Part shown: one piece after another, positions 18,033 to 26,130 of the stretch
Layout: every line of letters starts with the position of its first letter
Numbering within the stretch: the first letter of the stretch is position 1
Origin: Candidatus Kuenenia stuttgartensis
GTDB lineage: Bacteria > Planctomycetota > Brocadiia > Brocadiales > Brocadiaceae
DNA length: 32,000 nt
Assembly (NCBI RefSeq): GCF_900232105.1
Contig: NZ_LT934425.1
Location: 4,200,001 to 4,232,000 of the forward strand
Direction: 5' to 3'
Notes under the pieces: generated by a model
What the model saw: only the letters and a program-made list of their open reading frames with translations
Told to the model about the DNA's origin: nothing
The model's database searches: none
Translations under genes and position numbers: made by a program

Positions 18033-18619
18033 TTACCGTTGTGACTCTTCTTGGCGCTCTTTCTGCTCTTGATATTTCACATATTTACGTATCTTTTCCG
18101 TATCCAAACCAACGGTATCGACACAGTAACCTCTCGACCAGAAATGATTACCCCAATAAGGTTTTTGCTTCAAATGTCGAAACTTATTGAAAACTCGAAT
18201 AGCTGTTCTGCCTTTGATTATACCTACAAAATCGGATATCGATATCTTGGGTACTACCATGACAAGCAGATGAACATGGTCAATTTGTACATTTATAGTC
18301 AAACAAATAAGGTTTTCGAAAAATTTACACCTCCCAGTCCTCTCTATAAAGAGGGAATTAAGGGGCGTGCTTGTATAGTATGCTTAGTCAAATAAATCTG
18401 TTTTTTAGAAAGCCATTTTATTGCCAAATTCCTAAAATCATATTTGTTTGGCTATAACTCAACAACTTCACAGCCTTTTTGTTCAGAAAATGCTCTGATA
18501 CACTTACCTACTTCTTCTGCTACTTGACCAGTAAGTATTCTTAGACGATATTTTGGTGTCCAAAGAATATGATATTGACAATGCCATATCGTATGCGATA
18601 ATTTGCGAAATCGACTCAT
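18033..18619 (-). pseudogene. tnpA: IS200-type Y1 transposase TnpA, split by MITE M3
   Basis: N-terminal part 18455-18619: MSRFRKLSHTIWHCQYHILWTPKYRLRILTGQVAEEVGKCIRAFSEQKGCEVVEL. C-terminal part 18033-18293: NVQIDHVHLLVMVVPKISISDFVGIIKGRTAIRVFN...WSRGYCVDTVGLD. Removing 18296-18454 plus one TA rejoins them in frame (…EVVELNVQIDHVHLL…). Confidence 0.85.
18294..18456 (-). mobile_element. IS630-derived MITE, copy M3 (shorter, diverged core)
   Basis: Same termini as M1, M2 and M4, with a single-hairpin core (CCTCTCTATAAAGAGGGA). TA is present on both sides (18294-18295 and 18455-18456). Confidence 0.85.
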
Positions 18620-18836
18620 TTGTTACTCCTTTGTTGATGTTGTGGGGACAACTCAACTTAGATTGTAACAATGAGTCGTTTTACTGGCAAAGCCTTTAAA
18701 CTCTGACCACGCCCACAGGGCGTGGTTTTCCACATTATTAATAAACATAAACAAACACAGTGTCTTGCCAGATTGGAATTATACAATTTCACTTAACTAA
18801 ATTAATAAAAATACCAAATTATTTTTGGACCGTGCC

Positions 18837-20105
18837 TATGGTGGCGCAGGTATCCGTTCCTTCCACCCCCTTCACCCCCGCCAGCGGGGGACATGTATCA
18901 ACCAGCAGCGTATCCTGCGGCTCTGCAAGCGCCTTCACCCCCACCAACGGGAGATATATATCCGCCACCCGTTGGAGGGTGCCAGGTAAAGCAAGGCACT
19001 GCGCAAGAACCGGTCGAGGATCTGTCCCCCTTTGGAGGGGGTTAGGGGGAGGAGCTTTGGGCGTGGTCAAGTTTATGGCAGGCTCTGCGCCCTTTGCGTC
19101 TTTGCGGTGAATCACCTCCACCTGATGTCCCGGTTGGGTGCGCTCCGTCCATTCGGCCGGTGCAGGATGGGATTCATCCAAACCACATACCCTGTTCAGT
19201 ATCCTGAACGAACCTTCAATCTCTCTCTTTTCTCCGTCGATTATCTGATAAATATACGGTTTTTTATGGATGATGCTGCCTTCTTTAAGGATGATTTCCA
19301 TGTCGCCGTCTTCCCTGATGCGCAAGTCTTCTATCCCTTCATAACACAACTGAACACGGGACGGACTGACTCCTGGCTTCACGATGACGTCATATTCCAT
19401 CTGACGGTTGTTGCCGTAAAACCGCATATCGACGCCGTCGTAAATATTTTTGTACTCAACCGCGCCAAAGGTGGGGATATTGGTACGCCACTTCTCAGGA
19501 CTGCCTACAAAGTAATTGATCTTGCATTCCTGCATATCCTCCGCAATGATCCCGGGGTCTTTGTTTGCGCCAAGAGGAAATAGCCGTATGTGTTCCTGCG
19601 GCTGTGGGCTAGGAATTGCAGATCGAGGATTGGCGGATTCCGTTTTTTTGCTGCGTGTCAGCGAGAGATATATCCCTTTTTTGGTAAAGAACATGCCCTG
19701 TCCGCTGCCTTTTTCATAATACTGTACCCGCTCATCCACCTGCCCGTCATTCTGTATGAAATAGAGGGGCAATTTCCCGTAAGATTCCTGCACGGAGGTG
19801 CGTACCGCCTCGCCCGGTTCCGGTGTGCCGCTGACGTCTTCGGGGATGAATAGACCGTTTAAGCCGTTCAAGTCATTTAAAATGTTTGAACCGGATTGTT
19901 GGTTGCGCTCAACCGACCTGCATGGCTGTGCCGGAACATTTACGGCACGTCCGTTTATCGTGAATACCGGGTCACTATGTACACCGATATCCCATTCATA
20001 GTCGGCCGATACGGCATCCTCCATTCCATGCCCTATATCTGTATAAATCCCAACAGCCAAAGCGATAAAAAACAATGTACACCACAAGCGTACTACCCTA
20101 CACAT
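18837..20105 (-). pseudogene. N-terminal part of SBBP surface protein 'gene X' (signal/anchor plus DUF7948-like N-terminal domain plus long linker), cut by ISAzo13 copy B
   Basis: MCRVVRLWCTLFFIALAV..., then SYGKLPLYFIQNDGQVDERVQYY and ...KKPYIYQIIDGEKREIEGSFRILN, parallel to the N-terminal third of the 1092-aa paralog. The ORF runs into the IS end at 18836. Confidence 0.8.
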
Positions 20106-20222
20106 AAATACACTCCTTTCGATAATTCAACAGAAGTTAGAAGACAGAAGGCATCGTACTATTTGAATGGCTGCGTAGCTGCGAAACCTCTGTGGTTCAC
20201 ATTCATATCATTCAAATAAATA

Positions 20223-20444
20223 GTAACACTTTAGTTTTTTGAAAAATGTACTACCTATAAGTTCCGTAGGAGCGACATGTCTCTTGTAAATCCATATTAA
20301 ACAGGTCTGCCTGAATACGGACAGGCCGCTCCTACGGAGCTATTTACCTTATTGAATTTTATTGCTCTACAAACAGACCGCCCCTAACAGGGCTACATGG
20401 TATTTTTTCTATCCCGGGAATTTTTCAAGAAACTAAAGTGTTAC
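20223..20444 (+). mobile_element. N-type MITE copy N2 (222 bp)
   Basis: TIRs GTAACACTTTAGTTTTTTGAAAAA (20223-) and TTTTTCAAGAAACTAAAGTGTTAC (-20444). Internal GCTCCGTAGGAGC-type hairpins. Equals the reverse complement of N3 minus a ~55-bp segment. Confidence 0.85.
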
Positions 20445-20471
20445 AATAAATAACATTCCTCATAAACAATT

Positions 20472-20717
20472 TTATCTTTTTTCAGAAAACCAGGGTAAAG
20501 CATTTGTCTGATTGGGCTTAAAGGTATTGGCGTAAAAGGTTACCAGTCCATCCACCTGGCCATTATTGGCAATGAAGGGAATTTGGATGCGATGTATGTT
20601 CTGCCTGGTATGTTCCTTTGATACTGCTTCTGCCTTTTGGCTACCTGAAACTGTGTATTGGGCAAGAAATACCAGTAACAACACTATTGCCGATGTAATA
20701 AATAATCCCTTTTTCAT
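20472..20717 (-). pseudogene. N-terminal stub (signal peptide plus ~35 aa) of a third SBBP-family paralog
   Basis: MKKGLFITSAIVLLLVFLAQ...IHRIQIPFIANNGQVDGLVTFYANTF aligns with MKKRTHIFNFSIVLLLLFGF...IGKLQIPFISNEGQMGEKVKFYANTF of the intact gene. Homology ends near 20522. Confidence 0.75.
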
Positions 20718-20969
20718 AATTTCTGCCTCTTTCCGCCTGTCTGCAAACAGGCTTTTTTATTCTACAGTATTACAATGTAAAAACTTTTTTTGTAAGTGGA
20801 GACAGGTTAAAACCTGTCTCTACGCCTTTGCGTTCTATGTTCTTTTTTTGGCTGTGTTATTGAATCTAAAGAATCTTAACATTTTAGTTTTTTGAAAAAG
20901 ATATTCACGTATTCCCGTTATATAACAGGAATAAAACATTTTCCTTGTAGTGCAAGGCATGCCTTGCCA

Positions 20970-21203
20970 TTATTCAAATTTCTTATCTATCTCTTCTTTG
21001 TTATCAAAATAATAGCTAAGGGCATCAAATAACTGCGCGGGGGTTAGGCTTGGATAGCCATCAAGTATCTCCTCTATCCCCATGCCTGAACGGTAGTGAT
21101 TTACAATTGATGCAACGGGGATCCTTGTGCCTTTAATAATGGCTTTACCCTCATATTTGCCAGGGTCTTTTTCGATATATCGATGTTGGGTACTTACAAA
21201 CAT
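20970..21203 (-). CDS. DUF433 domain protein (antitoxin-like HTH), 77 aa
   Basis: IIKGTRIPVASIVNHYRSGMGIEEILDGYPSLTPAQLFDALSYYFDNKEEI fits the DUF433 consensus (GTRI.V..I...Y..G.S.EEI...YP.LT..QI..AL.YY). SD AAGGAGG lies upstream. Confidence 0.75.
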   Translation of the reverse strand: MFVSTQHRYIEKDPGKYEGKAIIKGTRIPVASIVNHYRSGMGIEEILDGYPSLTPAQLFDALSYYFDNKEEIDKKFE

Positions 21204-21363
21204 TTTATGCCTCCTTAATCGGAAAGGTAAATAATACTATCCGGCTTAGAAAAACATAGTCTCTTTTTTTATAAAACATCGATTACATATTACGCTACTA
21301 CCCATATAAACTTATGGGTTCGGGTTGCAAACCACCCATGGTTCTTATGGCTGTCAATGCTTC

Positions 21364-24300
21364 TTACTTCACCTTTACCATTAATTTCGCCTTCTTTTTC
21401 AAGCCTTTTGGGGAAAATACAATCCCGGCGGCGCCTTTTTTATTATATGCCGTTACAGTAAATGCCGCTTTACCATACGCATCGGTTGTTGCGCTGGAAG
21501 TAACACTGACCTTCTTCTTACTTCGGCGGTTAAGCCTTGCTTTAACTACCGTGCCTTCAACCGGGCATCCGTCAGTACCCAGCACCGATACGGTTACCGT
21601 GTCTGACTGATTTCTCATAATTACCAACTTCTTCTCAGGATCTGTCGTAATCGTCTCAGCCTTGCAGGCTTCATCGGTGGGTGTTGGCGTAGCTGTTGTG
21701 GTAAAAACTTCTTCGTTTCCATATGAATAACAAGGTGTAAAGTCTGGAATAATCTCTATCCTGTATTTATATATTCTGTAATAATAAGTCGTCCCAGCAG
21801 ATAGCCCACTTACCCTTACGCTTTTACTTCCTGCTTCTACAAATGCAGAACTGGAATCGTCACCTTCGATATGTATTCTATTGGTATATGATTCACTAGA
21901 AGTGCCCCACTCAAAACCCAATTCCCCTCTTACTGAAAACTCCCCTCCAACCAATCCGTTTAAAGTGGCAGAATCCGATGTTACATCCGTTGCTTTATAT
22001 GTTTCTAAGATAATCCCTCCATCGCATGGTGCAGTTGTGGTGACTGTGGGAGTCGGTGACGGCGATGTCGTATCCGCCGAGAGGTCGCCATCCAGTTTGG
22101 ATATAAAGACATCAGAACCACCACTAAAAGAGGTATCATATGCGCCAGTGGTAGTGGGAAAGCCTGATGAATATGTATATCCGGCCACATAGACGTTCCC
22201 GCTTGAATCTATGGCTAATGACGTTGCCCCCTCACCCTCAGAGCTACCAAGGTAAGTGGAGGCAAGCAGGCTACTCAGATTGCTGCTCATTTTTGATATA
22301 AATACTTCATATTCCATATTCACACTACCATAATCAAAATCTGCACTTATGTCATAGGCGCCTGAGGTTGTGGGAAATAAACCGTTTGTATCACCAGTCA
22401 CATACACATTACCACTCGAATCCAAGGCCAATGAACCTGCAGAATCATTACCTGACCTTTTATCATACTCAATGACATCTTCTGCACCCAGAAAGGTCGA
22501 GGCGAGCAGGCTACTGAGATCATTGTTTAACTTTGATATGAATGCATCATCATATATACCATGAGAGGTATCATATGCATCTGAGGTAACAGGGAAGTCT
22601 GGTGAATTTGTATATCCAGTCACATAGACACTTCCGCTTGGATCTATGTCCATCGAATTTGCCCTGTCGTCAGATGCCTCGTCGATATCATAAGAACCAC
22701 CCCCGAGATACGTGGAAGCCTGAAGTGTGGATAATGAACTATCCAGCTTTGAAATAAAGACATCAAAACCATCATTAAAAGATGTATCATATGCACCGCT
22801 GGTGGTGGGAAAGTCGCTTGAAGAGGTGTTGCCCGTTACATAGACATTATTACTACTGTCGAGGGCTATGGCATAAGCGTAATCACTATCAGAACCTCCG
22901 AGATACGTGGAAGCCTGGAGGGTGGATAATGAACTGTCCAACTTGGAAATAAAGGCATCATCACCGTCATAGGATGTATCATATGCACCGCTTGTGGTTG
23001 GAAAGTCGCTTGAAGAGGTGTTGCCCGTTACATAGACGTTATTGCTGCCGTCAAGGGCTATGGCATAAGCGTAATCACTATCAGAACCTCCGAGATACGT
23101 GGAAGCCTGGAGGGTGGATAATGAACTGTCCAACTTGGTGATAAAGACGTCTCTGTCACCACCAAGGGAGGTATCATAGGCCCCGCTGGTGACGGGAAAG
23201 TCGGTTGAAGAGGTGTTGCCCGTTACATAGACGTTATTGCTGCCGTCAAAGGCTATGGTATAAACGCGATCACTATCAGAACCTCCGAGATACGTGGAAG
23301 CCTGGAGGGTAGATAATGAACTGTCCAGCTTGGTGATAAAAACGTCTCTGTCACCACCAAGGGGGGTATCATAGGCCCCGCTGGTGACGGGAAAGTCGGT
23401 TGAAGAGGTGTTGCCCGTTACATAGACGTTATTGCTGCCATCAATCGCAATAGCCACGCCATAATCATTAGAAGAACCTCCTAAGTAGGTAGAGGCCAGC
23501 AACGGATCAATGACAAGTTCCTTTGTTTTGTCATAAGAAGCAACCTTAAAACCATAAATCAGGGATTGGGAATCAGGTACCTGGAATTCGGGGTTTATTA
23601 ATTTAGAGTTATGAGTTTTGGAATTCAACACACCCCTTACCTCTCTTTTTAGAGGGGAAATGTCGGGTTCTTCTCTGTTCTGAATATTGTATTCAACTTC
23701 AACGTTGACTTTTTTACCCTCTATTTCCTGATATGCCACTGGTTTGGTGAATGTTACGGGGCCAAGTTCGGTTTCTGCTACGAGCTGGCCTTGTTCGTTT
23801 ACCCACAACCCGCTTGCCCTTAATCCACCCCCTCCCCCCGCCAGCGGGGGACAATCCTTCACGGAGCTTGTAAAAGGGGATAAAGGAGGTTGTATGCCGC
23901 TCAGATTTATTTTTATCTGGTCGGGATTAGCACCCGGTTTTACATAAAAGAGTTTTTCTACGTTGTTTCCATACGCCTTCAGTTTTAATTCTATGCCCTT
24001 ATAGACTTCTCCAAGATCAACCACATCATACGTGGAAATATTGCTTTTCCACTTCTTCTGGTCATTTCCCCTAAAATAATTTACCTTTGTTACCGACGTA
24101 CCTTCTCCCTTTATTCCCTTTACTTTTGCGCCGACAAGCGTTTCTTTTAATGCAACGCCCTGTAATAACATATTAGGATTCAGGGTTTGTGAGTTTGGGG
24201 TTGGGGAATGTAAATCGCTGATTTGTTGGGTGCGCTCCGCCCATTCGACAAGCGCAGGGCAAGCTTCATCCAGCCTACACGATTTGATGCATGAATCACG

Positions 24301-24642
24301 ATTTTCATGTATCTCGCATCCCGCATCGTGTATCACACCGGGCGAATGCCATTCGCCACTACTGTCAGCATTCTTAGCTTCCGATCTTTTTGGCAGTGAA
24401 TAAACAATCTCCCCCTCATTCGTGACAAATACCGTCCCGCCAAAGGTATTAGCGTAAAATTTAACCTTTTCGCCCATCTGTCCTTCATTGGAAATAAAGG
24501 GAATCTGGAGTTTTCCTATCTTTTGGTTAACCGCCTTGTTTGACGGTTTACCTGTGCCTTCTTGCGCAAATAACGGAAAAGCAAAACCAAATAACAATAA
24601 AAGCACTATCGAAAAGTTAAAAATATGGGTCCTTTTTTTCAT
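21364..24642 (-). CDS. SBBP (beta-propeller) repeat surface protein, 1092 aa: signal peptide, DUF7948-like N-terminal domain, about nine SBBP repeats, Fn3/Ig-like region, C-terminal Big-like domain
   Basis: N-terminus MKKRTHIFNFSIVLLLLFGFAFPLFAQ. Repeated ASTYLGGSDSDYAYAIALDGSNNVYVTGNTSSSDFPTTSGAYDTS...DAFISKLDSSLS units. C-terminal ...VSVLGTDGCPVEGTVVKARL...DAYGKAAFTVTAYNKKG. Confidence 0.9.
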   Translation of the reverse strand: MKKRTHIFNFSIVLLLLFGFAFPLFAQEGTGKPSNKAVNQKIGKLQIPFISNEGQMGEKVKFYANTFGGTVFVTNEGEIVYSLPKRSEAKNADSSGEWHSPGVIHDAGCEIHENRDSCIKSCRLDEACPALVEWAERTQQISDLHSPTPNSQTLNPNMLLQGVALKETLVGAKVKGIKGEGTSVTKVNYFRGNDQKKWKSNISTYDVVDLGEVYKGIELKLKAYGNNVEKLFYVKPGANPDQIKINLSGIQPPLSPFTSSVKDCPPLAGGGGGLRASGLWVNEQGQLVAETELGPVTFTKPVAYQEIEGKKVNVEVEYNIQNREEPDISPLKREVRGVLNSKTHNSKLINPEFQVPDSQSLIYGFKVASYDKTKELVIDPLLASTYLGGSSNDYGVAIAIDGSNNVYVTGNTSSTDFPVTSGAYDTPLGGDRDVFITKLDSSLSTLQASTYLGGSDSDRVYTIAFDGSNNVYVTGNTSSTDFPVTSGAYDTSLGGDRDVFITKLDSSLSTLQASTYLGGSDSDYAYAIALDGSNNVYVTGNTSSSDFPTTSGAYDTSYDGDDAFISKLDSSLSTLQASTYLGGSDSDYAYAIALDSSNNVYVTGNTSSSDFPTTSGAYDTSFNDGFDVFISKLDSSLSTLQASTYLGGGSYDIDEASDDRANSMDIDPSGSVYVTGYTNSPDFPVTSDAYDTSHGIYDDAFISKLNNDLSSLLASTFLGAEDVIEYDKRSGNDSAGSLALDSSGNVYVTGDTNGLFPTTSGAYDISADFDYGSVNMEYEVFISKMSSNLSSLLASTYLGSSEGEGATSLAIDSSGNVYVAGYTYSSGFPTTTGAYDTSFSGGSDVFISKLDGDLSADTTSPSPTPTVTTTAPCDGGIILETYKATDVTSDSATLNGLVGGEFSVRGELGFEWGTSSESYTNRIHIEGDDSSSAFVEAGSKSVRVSGLSAGTTYYYRIYKYRIEIIPDFTPCYSYGNEEVFTTTATPTPTDEACKAETITTDPEKKLVIMRNQSDTVTVSVLGTDGCPVEGTVVKARLNRRSKKKVSVTSSATTDAYGKAAFTVTAYNKKGAAGIVFSPKGLKKKAKLMVKVK
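22700..23470 (-). repeat. Four near-identical intragenic tandem DNA repeats (192-195 bp) encoding SBBP units
   Basis: The landmark GGTGTTGCCCGTTACATAGAC recurs at 22825, 23017, 23212 and 23407. Adjacent units are about 95% identical at the DNA level. Confidence 0.85.
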
Positions 24643-25027
24643 AAGTATTGTCCCTTTAAATTAAGGTAAAAGTTTATAGGGTAAAATTGTGCGTGCATTA
24701 TAGACAACGCAATTCCATCGTCAATATTTAAAAAAGACCAACCACGCATGGGAGAAGCAATGTGGGGGCAGCCCATTAGAAGGTTTTCAAAAGGATAACC
24801 CTTGATTTGATTTGCCACGTAACAGAAAATGGTAAGCTCTACTTGTGGCTATTCAGCGTGAACATTATACAGCTTGTTCTGCGGTTCGGTCTTCTCTTTA
24901 AAAAACCGCATAAGGCCTGAACCCGCGAATGTAGTTTCCAGTACAATTACGTTCCCAAACAGATACTTCACTATGTTCAGTACAAGGTTTGAGAACGAGA
25001 GTATTAATGTTCAAAAACCCGGTTTTT

Positions 25028-26092
25028 TTACCTGCGTAGTTTTATGTACTCAATATCTTTCATTTCATACTTGCCCAATCCCTTTTTCCCTGCATTGACG
25101 ATGTGTTTTGCTTTTTGCGATACAGGCATTAAGCGGTTTTCTCTGCGTTTTGCATCTATTATATCAAGCCCTATCCGGTCTATTGCCACAGGGTCTGTTC
25201 CAAAAAACAACTGTTCTTCATTCCAAATAGTGTTGGAGGCCTTGGGTCTGGGGCCTCCTGAGAAGCATGCCTGTAATGCGTCAACAATATGCAGGCGCAG
25301 TTTATTTTTAATGGCAGGATGGGCGCAAACCTCCGCAGAAGCAGGGTCGCAGTAATAGGGTGAAGAATGAAACCGCGGGGTATTATTTATTACGCCAAAT
25401 CCGATATTTTTGAGACACAGGGTTACGCCGGCAATGCCATGGTCTTTCATTACCGGCACATTAATAATGGCAGTAGTCTGCTGCGTGACAATCCTGCTGA
25501 AAAGAGACCTTGCGCCGTCATCCTGGCGTAATTTCGGGTCATCGTCGTGCGATTCGTAATAGACATCCCTGTCGTATCCTGCCGTATGTTCCGTGCCGTA
25601 ATACCGTACGCCGGCGGTTCCTCTGTTTACCTCATAGCCTGCGCTGACCAGATGTTCTTCAAAACGGTCCCAGACGATGATATTATTTTCCTTAACGCCT
25701 GCAGCAAGCAACCCGGCTATGATGGCGTTTACCACTTCCGGTCTGGTAGAAAGCAATTTGCCGCCTATCGGGTTGATCTTGACGCCTACAACATCCTCCG
25801 ATGTAAAAAAACAGCGCCAGGCGTCTTTAGTGGTTTTTTTGCCGGTAAGCGCAAACATTCCTTCGTCCACCATTTTATCAACCCTTATTTGATCAGGGGC
25901 ACTCTTGCTTATAATCCCGATGTCTTTTACGGCAATAACCCTGCTCTTTGATAGCATATCGGTATCAGAATCTGCGCCAAAGGTTTCTCTGAAGCCATTA
26001 ATGCCCATAGCGCCTATTCCAACCCCAACGGCGCCCATCGCGGCATTCCTTAAGAAATCCCTACGAGAAAAATGATTGTTTTTTAAGTCCAT
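25028..26092 (-). CDS. Tat-signal DUF362 domain protein, 354 aa
   Basis: Twin-arginine motif FSRRDFLRNAAMGAVGVG. DUF362-like blocks VVGVKINP, VPVMKDHGIAGVTLCLKNIGFG, IVDALQACFSGGPRP and FGTDPVAIDRIGLDII. SD GGAGGA. Lies 38 nt downstream of the symporter gene, so they probably form an operon. Confidence 0.7.
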   Translation of the reverse strand: MDLKNNHFSRRDFLRNAAMGAVGVGIGAMGINGFRETFGADSDTDMLSKSRVIAVKDIGIISKSAPDQIRVDKMVDEGMFALTGKKTTKDAWRCFFTSEDVVGVKINPIGGKLLSTRPEVVNAIIAGLLAAGVKENNIIVWDRFEEHLVSAGYEVNRGTAGVRYYGTEHTAGYDRDVYYESHDDDPKLRQDDGARSLFSRIVTQQTTAIINVPVMKDHGIAGVTLCLKNIGFGVINNTPRFHSSPYYCDPASAEVCAHPAIKNKLRLHIVDALQACFSGGPRPKASNTIWNEEQLFFGTDPVAIDRIGLDIIDAKRRENRLMPVSQKAKHIVNAGKKGLGKYEMKDIEYIKLRR

Positions 26093-26130
26093 AACATCCT
26101 CCTCTTTAAAATGTCAAGAAATTAAGGAAC

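Larger units (their letters stand above)
17927..18740 (-). mobile_element. IS200/IS605-family element (tnpA only) inserted in ISAzo13 copy B
   Basis: Delimited by comparison with copy A. Carries a Y1 transposase gene and subterminal hairpins: CCCCTATAAGGGG (~17967-17979), CTTCCAAAGGAAG (~17992-18004) and CCACGCCC-ACA-GGGCGTGG (18708-18726). A 15-bp IR GTTGAGTTGTCCCCA is also present (18010-18024 and complement of 18644-18658). Confidence 0.8.
16110..18836 (+). mobile_element. ISAzo13-family insertion sequence, copy B, inverted relative to copy A and carrying a nested IS200/IS605 element that itself carries a MITE
   Basis: Almost identical to copy A over 16110-17926 and 18741-18836. The 814-bp insert at 17927-18740 replaces the last 20 codons of the transposase. 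Confidence 0.88.

Noticed and set aside
20735-20758. Hairpin GCCTGT-CTGCAA-ACAGGC followed by T6, resembling a plus-strand rho-independent terminator
   Set aside because: There is no plus-strand gene upstream. It sits just 5' of a minus-strand gene stub among other hairpin repeats (for example 20797-20822), so a functional assignment is unsupported.
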